Below, in pieces: positions 17,698 through 23,727 of a stretch of 29,070 bases of DNA. Each line of letters opens with the position of its first letter. Positions within the stretch are counted from its first letter, which is position 1. Both the position numbers and the translations under genes were made by a program. The notes under the pieces were generated by a model. It worked only from the letters and a program-made list of their open reading frames with translations. It searched no databases and was not told the origin of the DNA. Source of the DNA: a virus (lineage: Duplodnaviria; Caudoviricetes); IMG/VR virus record IMGVR_UViG_3300046710_000220, positions 1 to 29,070 of that record, one strand, 5' to 3'.

Positions 17698-18514
17698 TTT
17701 TTATTCCCACCTTTTCTAAGAAAATTCTTTTATCTCTCTTGTTCATATCAGTAGTTACATTTTCAAAAAAGTATTGATCGTCATGGTGCATAATATATTC
17801 AAACATAGCCTTCCACTGATCCCTACTGAATGTAATAGAATGAAAAACATGATTTTCCCATGATGCTACAGTCTTAGGAAACAGTTCTTTTACTATAGAA
17901 AAGATAGCTAAGGCATATTGTCTGGTTTCCCATTGTGTATGCTCATCCATTCTTAAATTAAGAAAGTGGAGCATGTTTCTAAGGTCTATAGTTAGTAAAA
18001 CATTAGAGTACATTGAAACAGGAAGAACTGATCGAGCTAACTCTGAATTAATACCAGTCTCATTGAGAAGTCTTTTATATAACCAATAAGAATCTTGATC
18101 ATGTTCATGGAATTCACCTTGAATAAAACTTTGTTCATCTTCAGGACCAGTATACCCGGATTCTTTAATCCTCTCTTCTGAAGGAACATAAAAGTCTAAA
18201 TCAGCATCTCCAGAATATCGTAGAGAAAGCTCAGAAGGTGAAGCTGTACGCGCCCTCATGATTTGTCTTAAAACAAATATAGGAGCTTTTATTTCAACAG
18301 TAATAATACAGTGTTCCTGAACACTGTTATGGGCATTACGAATTAAGTAATCCATCAAATGTTCATCATCGGATTTCTTCTTTCCCGATCCTTCAGTAGA
18401 ACGCCGCGCTGCAAAGATTACCCGTTCGTCATTTCCCATATGGTCAATATATTTAACATAACCCTTGTCTAAAACTTTAATGGGAGGAAATAATTCATTA
18501 TTTATATTATCCAT
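17690..18514 (-). CDS. thyX: FAD-dependent thymidylate synthase
   Basis: VLDKGYVKYIDHMGND, AARRS, HNSVQEH, APIFVLRQIMR-A-RTASPSELSLRY, ELARSVLP, DLRNMLHFLNLR..HTQWETR. TAATG coupling supports the start at 18514. Confidence 0.92.
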   Translation of the reverse strand: MDNINNELFPPIKVLDKGYVKYIDHMGNDERVIFAARRSTEGSGKKKSDDEHLMDYLIRNAHNSVQEHCIITVEIKAPIFVLRQIMRARTASPSELSLRYSGDADLDFYVPSEERIKESGYTGPEDEQSFIQGEFHEHDQDSYWLYKRLLNETGINSELARSVLPVSMYSNVLLTIDLRNMLHFLNLRMDEHTQWETRQYALAIFSIVKELFPKTVASWENHVFHSITFSRDQWKAMFEYIMHHDDQYFFENVTTDMNKRDKRIFLEKVGIKNV

Positions 18515-18837
18515 TACCAAACCCTATAATCAGAAATTGGGACTATATCTTCTTCAGTTATATCAATACCTATCTCTGATAAATCTGTAATGAAATCTTT
18601 TACATTCTCATTAATAATTTTAAGATTGGGTCCGGGGATCATTAGATAAAATCTATCAACTCCGGAATAAGCGTTTCCACCAGTCCTATATTCCATCTTT
18701 ACTTTATCAGACAGGCAATCATCATAATCGTAATCCCATTCTTCTTCAGTAAAAATACCCTTTTCAATTATTTTATTAATCCGGTCTTTAGTTAATTCAA
18801 TCCCAATCCCACCAACACCATTATAATCTACACTCAT
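18514..18837 (-). CDS. Hypothetical protein
   Basis: SD AAGGA, 107 aa, acidic. Confidence 0.7.
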   Translation of the reverse strand: MSVDYNGVGGIGIELTKDRINKIIEKGIFTEEEWDYDYDDCLSDKVKMEYRTGGNAYSGVDRFYLMIPGPNLKIINENVKDFITDLSEIGIDITEEDIVPISDYRVW

Positions 18838-19163
18838 TTTCTTTATCCTTTAATCTATCCAACCATATGTTGTAATAGTTTTTTCAATTGGTTTAACTTC
18901 TCTAAATATCATATCATCATTTTCATAAGGACTTTGATCTTGATATTCAGTTGACCCTACAGAATAATGTGTAATGAAAAACTTACCATCAGAGATTCTT
19001 TTTAATACTACAATATGGCAGGTTTCCCAACGTCTTTGGTCATAAATTTCATCACTGATTATTTTCCAATCTTCATCATCACCATAATCAAGGACTATTC
19101 CTGCTATCTCTTTACGATCTGTAAAGGTAATAACTTCTCTTTCCATTTTCTTTATCCTTTAAT
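18835..19163. repeat. 20-bp direct repeat CATTTTCTTTATCCTTTAAT (stop-SD-start junction) at 18835-18854 and 19144-19163
   Basis: Identical 20-mers flank ORF 18850-19146. Confidence 0.85.
18850..19146 (-). CDS. Hypothetical phage protein (RW......V....DGK.F...Y..G.TE.Q)
   Basis: SD AAGGA. Motif pattern typical of small phage proteins. Confidence 0.7.
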   Translation of the reverse strand: MEREVITFTDRKEIAGIVLDYGDDEDWKIISDEIYDQRRWETCHIVVLKRISDGKFFITHYSVGSTEYQDQSPYENDDMIFREVKPIEKTITTYGWID

Positions 19164-19356
19164 TAAAAGAGTCTAACCAGTTAACAACTAAACTCATAAC
19201 TTCAATAGCATCTTCTTTCTTTACCCAAGACTCTTTACAAGAAGAACAAATATATGTAGGTTGTTTATACTCTAAATAAGAGTTCTCATATTTTAGTTTC
19301 TTAATTTTTATTGTTGAAGTCATTAACCGATTACAGCAATAAGGTCCATCAGACAT
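19159..19356 (-). CDS. Stand-alone YgiT/MqsA-type zinc-finger protein
   Basis: CC.R.M....K..KY......QPTYICSSCKESW resembles the MqsA N-terminal Zn finger. No HTH. Confidence 0.5.
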   Translation of the reverse strand: MSDGPYCCNRLMTSTIKIKKLKYENSYLEYKQPTYICSSCKESWVKKEDAIEVMSLVVNWLDSFN

Positions 19357-19579
19357 AAGACTTTTCCATTACTTGTATTAGTTCCTGAATATTTTCATCA
19401 AGGATTTCATCGTCTTGGTTAAATAACTTATTCTTTTTAAAAGCCCATAACATTGGGTATACATATGCATTAAGAATATAGTAGCTTAAAACATCTTTTT
19501 TAATTTCAAGTGCTCTCTTATAGCTTTCAATCGCTAATCCAAAAAACTGTTTTTCAAAGTTATACATTCTTTCTTTCAT
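19349..19579 (-). CDS. Hypothetical protein
   Basis: Packed ORF. Confidence 0.55.
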   Translation of the reverse strand: MKERMYNFEKQFFGLAIESYKRALEIKKDVLSYYILNAYVYPMLWAFKKNKLFNQDDEILDENIQELIQVMEKSYV

Positions 19580-19602
19580 AATAATACCCTATTAGTTGGT
19601 CG

Positions 19603-19770
19603 CTAAAACATCTCGTCAAAAACATCATCAATAGTTGTTGCTTGACGATCAGTAACATGATGATTCTCATCTACCCATGTATGAATTCCAATAATAATGG
19701 GAGACTCTTTTTCTTCAAGAATCTCCTCACATTTTAGAATGTAGTTTTCCCAATCACAATTCATGCACAT
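19603..19770 (-). CDS. Small hypothetical protein (55 aa, MCMNCDWENY...), not in ORF track
   Basis: Starts 1 nt after the HAD gene stop and fills the gap. Confidence 0.6.
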   Translation of the reverse strand: MCMNCDWENYILKCEEILEEKESPIIIGIHTWVDENHHVTDRQATTIDDVFDEMF

Positions 19771-19771
19771 A

Positions 19772-20269
19772 TTATTTGTTCTTTGTTCCTAAAACAGTTA
19801 TAACCCTCTGAACATCTGGATAGGTTAACCCAAACCTGCCATCAACGTGAACGAAATTAAATGTTTGATCTTCTAACATATCTGAATCATCATCTATAAT
19901 GACCCATTCATTTCCATCATTAAGGTTATTTTGTTTAAGCCAAGCTGCTATCTCTTCTCCACGGCAATTGTAAGATTCTCTTTCCCCTTCTTCATTTATA
20001 AAAGATCGTGGAGTTATACCAGAAACAAAACCGGGAAGTTTTCTATCTTCCCATAGTTGTTTCATTGCTTGTAGACCTGCTAACCGCCATGAAGAAGAAA
20101 TAACAATATAAGCACCCGTTTCTTGGATAATCCACTTTAAATATCTAACACATCTATCATCAAAGAACTGACCGTATTGATCAGAATCTTCTTCTTTAAG
20201 AACGTTAAGAGATATTAAATTGTCTCCGGAGTTTAGTACTCCATCAATATCCAAGAAAATTATTTTCAT
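19772..20269 (-). CDS. HAD-superfamily phosphatase, Swiss-Army-Knife RNA-repair-like (HAD_SAK_2)
   Basis: IIFLDIDGVLN, IVISSSWR, RGEEI..WL, VIIDDDSDM. Confidence 0.8.
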   Translation of the reverse strand: MKIIFLDIDGVLNSGDNLISLNVLKEEDSDQYGQFFDDRCVRYLKWIIQETGAYIVISSSWRLAGLQAMKQLWEDRKLPGFVSGITPRSFINEEGERESYNCRGEEIAAWLKQNNLNDGNEWVIIDDDSDMLEDQTFNFVHVDGRFGLTYPDVQRVITVLGTKNK

Positions 20270-20523
20270 TGAACTGCTTCCTTATTAATTAGGGCTTCAA
20301 AGATGATTGAAACATTATCGAAGTCACCCTTCTTCTTTTCTTCAAACTTCTTCCAGAATTTATATGCTTCTTTAAGGTCACATACTTCAATCTGAAGGCT
20401 TTCTGCCTGTGCCTTAAACAAGTCACTATTACTTGAAGTAAGAGCTTTAGCATTCATAGCATTTTCATGAACACACTTGAATATCTCCAAGAGGTCTGAT
20501 TTCTTCTGTTCGTCAATTATCAT
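20266..20523 (-). CDS. Small helical protein, possibly T4 DsbA-like dsDNA-binding protein
   Basis: 85 aa, all-helical pattern and size similar to T4 DsbA. The resemblance is weak. Confidence 0.4.
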   Translation of the reverse strand: MIIDEQKKSDLLEIFKCVHENAMNAKALTSSNSDLFKAQAESLQIEVCDLKEAYKFWKKFEEKKKGDFDNVSIIFEALINKEAVQ

Positions 20524-20674
20524 TCTGTTCTTCCTTTAATTTAGAATCTTCGTAAATATTAATGGCTTCTTGAGCCACAGTTAAAGCAGCATATAACCCT
20601 TCAGCATTAAGGGTTCTCTCATAATTAACATAGTTCATAAGGTTTTTTAATGCTTTGTATAGTTTCTGTTCCAT
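20513..20674 (-). CDS. Small hypothetical protein (53 aa, MEQKLYKALK...), probably leaderless; not in ORF track
   Basis: ATG lies 6 nt after the -10 box, and the ORF overlaps the start of the next gene. Confidence 0.55.
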   Translation of the reverse strand: MEQKLYKALKNLMNYVNYERTLNAEGLYAALTVAQEAINIYEDSKLKEEQNDN

Positions 20675-20680
20675 GCCTTA

Positions 20681-20709
20681 AATATAGACAAGGTGAATCA
20701 CAAAGTCAA
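20681..20709 (-). promoter_or_regulatory. sigma70 promoter TTGACT-17-TATATT
   Basis: -35 at 20704-20709, -10 at 20681-20686. Confidence 0.75.
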
Positions 20710-20710
20710 T

Positions 20711-20735
20711 AAAAAAACCCTCCGAAGAGGGTTTA
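20711..20735 (-). terminator. Rho-independent terminator with C(UUCG)G tetraloop
   Basis: AAAACCCTC-TTCG-GAGGGTTTTTTT. Confidence 0.9.
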
Positions 20736-20754
20736 TTTTTTCTATTCCGGAGGG

Positions 20755-21150
20755 TTAACGAAACTGGTCTGCCAGTTTCTTTCCTTCCTCAAAATCTTCT
20801 CCATCCCCATCAGAACTCCAAGAGAAATCTCCCCCAGTTCGTTCATTAGCCTCAGTAATCAAAATCAGGGAGGCCACGACATAGGCATCATATGGTTTTT
20901 GAGCTGTTTTGCAGAATTCAAAGTCCAAGGACTCATTGAAAACCACAACAAAAGTTTCATGGCCCTCGTCTTCAATCCCATTGAAACGAAGACGTTTGTT
21001 TTCCAAAGAAACCAAATCAGGAACATAGGCCAAGTCATTTTCTTTTTGAATGATGTGATTCAATGCTCCATGGCTAACCAAGTTATTCAACTCATCAATA
21101 AGTTGGTTATCCAGATTTGCCTTACCTTTCCAATAATGTGTATAACCCAT
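20755..21150 (-). CDS. Conserved hypothetical phage protein (MGYTHYW...HETF...FCKT..KPYD...SSDG)
   Basis: SD AGGAGG before ATG 21150. Recognisable uncharacterised phage family motif. Confidence 0.75.
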   Translation of the reverse strand: MGYTHYWKGKANLDNQLIDELNNLVSHGALNHIIQKENDLAYVPDLVSLENKRLRFNGIEDEGHETFVVVFNESLDFEFCKTAQKPYDAYVVASLILITEANERTGGDFSWSSDGDGEDFEEGKKLADQFR

Positions 21151-21289
21151 CTTGTCCTCCTTGATCAATTTCCTGATCTGATAGTAGATTATCATAAAGA
21201 AGAATATTAGTCAATAGGCTAACCTGCTCTTCTGTAATATTTCCACTATATTTTTCTTTCAATTCTAAGATTTCCTTTTCTGTTTTCAT
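21122..21289 (-). CDS. Small hypothetical ORF (55 aa, MKTEKEILEL...), not in ORF track
   Basis: SD GGAG. Its 3' half runs through the promoter and start of the next gene, so it may be a truncated gene. Confidence 0.4.
   Translation of the reverse strand: MKTEKEILELKEKYSGNITEEQVSLLTNILLYDNLLSDQEIDQGGQDGLYTLLER
21186..21214 (-). promoter_or_regulatory. sigma70 promoter TTGACT-17-(TGA)TAATCT
   Basis: -35 at 21209-21214, -10 at 21186-21191. Confidence 0.65.
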
Positions 21290-21338
21290 AGTAGTTCTCC
21301 ATATGTTTAGTATCGGAACTACTTATAAAAACTTGAGT

Positions 21339-21593
21339 CTATCCTTGAATAATATTGAAAAGTTCTTCATGGAGCTTGGTGAACTTAACAAGTCCCCGTT
21401 CTGTCAAAAACAGAACAGCCACAGATTCTCCGGAATATTTCTTCAGCTCCAGAGCGTTGCCATTGTTATCCAGAGAGATAAGAAAGTTACCTTGATCAAG
21501 CTCTACAGCAAGATAGGAATTTTCTTTATTCTCAACCACATAAGCCTTCTTCAAAAGTTGGAGGCTGGTGAAACCAAAAATCTTTTTCTTCAT
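21339..21593 (-). CDS. Hypothetical protein
   Basis: SD GAGGT, directly downstream of a promoter. Confidence 0.7.
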   Translation of the reverse strand: MKKKIFGFTSLQLLKKAYVVENKENSYLAVELDQGNFLISLDNNGNALELKKYSGESVAVLFLTERGLVKFTKLHEELFNIIQG

Positions 21594-21615
21594 ATTTGTT
21601 ACCTCTCTTACAAAG

Positions 21616-21644
21616 ATACTATATGATAATTAAATAAATGTCAA
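21616..21644 (-). promoter_or_regulatory. sigma70 promoter TTGACA-17-TAGTAT
   Basis: -35 at 21639-21644, -10 at 21616-21621. Confidence 0.7.
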
Positions 21645-21650
21645 GGGAAT

Positions 21651-21676
21651 AAAAAAACCCTCTGTTAAGAGGGTTT
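21651..21676 (-). terminator. Rho-independent terminator overlapping the hsp20 stop codon
   Basis: AAACCCTCT-TAAC-AGAGGGTTTTTTT. Confidence 0.85.
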
Positions 21677-22135
21677 AGGTTGGTCGGATTTATCATTGAG
21701 ATTTTTTATCTCAATTTTCTTTGGTTTCGCATCTTCTCGAATTGGAACAAAGATTGTAAGAATTCCATCTAAAATAGATGCCTTTGAGTCTGCTACATCA
21801 TATTTAGCAAATGGAACAAAGTAGGCTGTCTTAGAATTAGATGTTCTAATACCTTTCTTAATTGATTTCCAATTGTAATATTGGTCATTTCTTTCTTTTG
21901 ATTTGATATCAAGTTTAAGATAATCATCTTCATAACTAATATCAATATCATCTAAGGATAGACCAGCCACAGCAAATTCAAATTGAAGATTTTTTGTGGT
22001 TTCATCTATGCTGAGATTGAACGGGGGGTAACTCAAATCATAGATAGGAAGAAGCGATTGAACCTGGAGATATCCACGATCCAAATCTGAAAATAGAGCA
22101 TTAAACAGCTCAAGGGGAAACATTGGGGTGTTCAT
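21665..22135 (-). CDS. Small heat-shock protein (Hsp20/alpha-crystallin)
   Basis: SYPPFN, EFAVAG..DDIDI, ASILDGILTI.VP, PKKIEI. SD AGGAG. Confidence 0.9.
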   Translation of the reverse strand: MNTPMFPLELFNALFSDLDRGYLQVQSLLPIYDLSYPPFNLSIDETTKNLQFEFAVAGLSLDDIDISYEDDYLKLDIKSKERNDQYYNWKSIKKGIRTSNSKTAYFVPFAKYDVADSKASILDGILTIFVPIREDAKPKKIEIKNLNDKSDQPKPS

Positions 22136-22264
22136 TTTGACACACTCCTAAAATTATAATAACCTCTCCCATACGGGACAAGGCACTTTATTAAAAAACT
22201 AACAATTCACGTTTTATTACTATTAGGTCAACAAAACGGAGCACTATATAATTAGTATGTGTTA

Positions 22265-22480
22265 TTATAACAGAGGTTCCCCTGTATAATTACACCAGCA
22301 CTTTCTTGCTCTTGCCCACGATCCCATAAACTTAGCAATATTAACCGTTTGGGGGGTACTAAAATATCCATGACATGCTTCTGTGAAGGCTATTCCTTTT
22401 ATTCTTAATTCATGGTCTTCTGGTAGGTTGTCTTTGTTTGCTCTTTCAATCATAGATTTTGCTAATTCAGATTGTTCCAT
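22265..22480 (-). CDS. Hypothetical protein
   Basis: 71 aa, SD GAGG, downstream of the tRNA cluster. Confidence 0.65.
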   Translation of the reverse strand: MEQSELAKSMIERANKDNLPEDHELRIKGIAFTEACHGYFSTPQTVNIAKFMGSWARARKCWCNYTGEPLL

Positions 22481-22505
22481 TTATAATATTTAACCTCTCT
22501 ACATA

Positions 22506-22590
22506 CGGAAAAAGTAGGACTCGAACCTACATGCCAAATTAATGACGACTGTTTAGCAAACAGTTTCCTTACCATTCGGAACATTTTTCC
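22506..22590 (-). tRNA. tRNA-Ser(GCU)
   Basis: Acceptor GGAAAAA/TTTTTCC, anticodon arm ACTGT-TT GCT AA-ACAGT, long variable arm, T arm GTAGG-TTCGAGT-CCTAC, discriminator G, no encoded CCA. Confidence 0.92.
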
Positions 22591-22599
22591 ATGAATCTT

Positions 22600-22683
22600 C
22601 GGAAATTGGAGGTGTCGATCCCCCATGCTTGCGCAAGTATCCGTGGGTTCAGGCCACGTTGTCAGGCCGCTGACACAATTTCC
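22600..22683 (-). tRNA. Atypical tRNA-Ser(UGA)-like RNA (8/4 or 7/5 fold, Sec-like D arm)
   Basis: Acceptor GGAAATT(G)/(C)AATTTCC, D arm TGTCAG-CGGC-CTGACA, anticodon arm CGTGG-CC TGA AC-CCACG, long variable stem, T loop ATCGACA, discriminator G. Confidence 0.75.
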
Positions 22684-22685
22684 AT

Positions 22686-22838
22686 AAAAATAAAACTATA
22701 GTCAATATAGCATACCATATCCACTATGGCAATACTACGCTCAGGCTCTTCGATTCAAAGTCTCCGAGTTGTTCCCTAACCTATGGACGGATCAGACTCA
22801 CCCCTATATAGACCTATCTGTTCGATAGTTTTATTTTT
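22686..22838 (-). ncRNA. Candidate structured non-coding RNA between tRNA-Gly and tRNA-Ser(UGA)
   Basis: Perfect 14-bp terminal inverted repeat, a second helix 22700-22710/22804-22814 and an internal hairpin 22713-22731. Fills the spacer between the two tRNAs. Confidence 0.6.
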
Positions 22839-22841
22839 TAG

Positions 22842-22913
22842 AGCATCTAAAGAGATTCAAACTCTTACCTTCGGCTTGGAGGGCCACAATGCTATCATTA
22901 ACACCATAGATGC
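22842..22913 (-). tRNA. tRNA-Gly(UCC)
   Basis: Acceptor GCATCTA/TAGATGC, anticodon loop CC TCC AA, T arm AAGAG-TTTGAAT-CTCTT, discriminator U, no CCA. Confidence 0.85.
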
Positions 22914-22920
22914 GTTTATA

Positions 22921-22954
22921 TAATTAGTATATAGATGATCTTTCTAAAAGTCAA
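22921..22954 (-). promoter_or_regulatory. sigma70 promoter TTGACT-17-TATACT with overlapping ACTAATTA for the tRNA operon
   Basis: -35 at 22949-22954, -10 at 22926-22931, motif at 22921-22928; the tRNA-Gly 5' end is at 22913. Confidence 0.75.
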
Positions 22955-22982
22955 GGACTAATTATTAATAAGGATTCTCATT

Positions 22983-23438
22983 ATGACAAGCAAAGTACCC
23001 CGAAGTTCTGAATGGCCTAAAGCTGAAAAGGCTCACCTTGCAAAAGAACCAGCTTGTGCTGTTTGTGGAAAAACTGATTCCGTGAACGTACACCACAAAT
23101 TTCCGTTTGAGGTAGGTAGACATTTAGGGTTTCCTTCTACGGAAACTTGGGAACCTAACTTAATTACCCTTTGTGAAACAGAAGAAAATAAACCTGAAGA
23201 AAATCACCATTTACATATTGGACATGATGGAGATTTTGAATGTACTAATCTTAATGTAGATGCTGATGTAGTAAAATATAAAAATCTTACCCATGCTCAA
23301 CTACTCGAAAATACCGAATACATGGAATCAAGAAAAAATAGACTTCCTAAACCTGATAACATGACTCAAGAACAAAAAGATTATTGTATTCAGTGGTTGA
23401 AGGTTCATTATCCAGACTTGCCTGAATTTAAGAAATAA
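22983..23438 (+). CDS. HNH endonuclease-family protein
   Basis: CAVCG...VNVHH...NLITLC...HH..GH. SD AAGGA. ACTAATTA at 22957-22964 upstream. Confidence 0.75.
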   Translation: MTSKVPRSSEWPKAEKAHLAKEPACAVCGKTDSVNVHHKFPFEVGRHLGFPSTETWEPNLITLCETEENKPEENHHLHIGHDGDFECTNLNVDADVVKYKNLTHAQLLENTEYMESRKNRLPKPDNMTQEQKDYCIQWLKVHYPDLPEFKK

Positions 23439-23439
23439 A

Positions 23440-23472
23440 GCCAGTTTTTGGGAGCACTACTGGCGAAGTGCC
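23440..23472 (-). other. Candidate H-type RNA pseudoknot between convergent genes
   Basis: Minus strand: GCACT-tc-GCCAGT-AGTGC-tcccaaaa-ACTGGC. Confidence 0.45.
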
Positions 23473-23508
23473 AACCTACTATATAGTATTTCTACTAATT
23501 TCTTCCCA

Positions 23509-23676
23509 TTAATGGATGTTCCACTTCTCCATCAATTCTTTAGCATACTTTTCTTGATTCTCTTGCTCTTGAGGAATAATAGAACATTCCTTAGTTCGTA
23601 TAACATACCAATAATTTTCAAGAAGATTAGTGAAGTCTTTTGTCATTTCTTCCATCTTTTCAAAAGTAATTTTCAT
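23509..23676 (-). CDS. Small hypothetical protein (55 aa, MKITFEKMEE...), not in ORF track
   Basis: SD AAGGA, typical codon usage. Confidence 0.6.
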   Translation of the reverse strand: MKITFEKMEEMTKDFTNLLENYWYVIRTKECSIIPQEQENQEKYAKELMEKWNIH

Positions 23677-23727
23677 TTTTTATTATCCTTATAAAACTAT
23701 ACCCCCTTTTCAGGGGATATTTTAAAA

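Noticed and set aside
22600-22683. Selenocysteine or opal-suppressor tRNA
   Set aside because: The anticodon reads UGA (decodes Ser UCA), not UCA. No SECIS-dependent or TGA-interrupted genes are visible.
22677-22705. Internal promoter from TTGACT at 22700-22705
   Set aside because: No acceptable -10 box at 17-nt spacing. The hexamer is explained as part of the ncRNA helix.
22686-22838. Retron msr-msd (a1/a2 inverted repeats), or a hammerhead or HDV-like (theta) ribozyme
   Set aside because: No reverse transcriptase in the window. No CUGAnGA/GAAA core, and I could not build a nested double pseudoknot.
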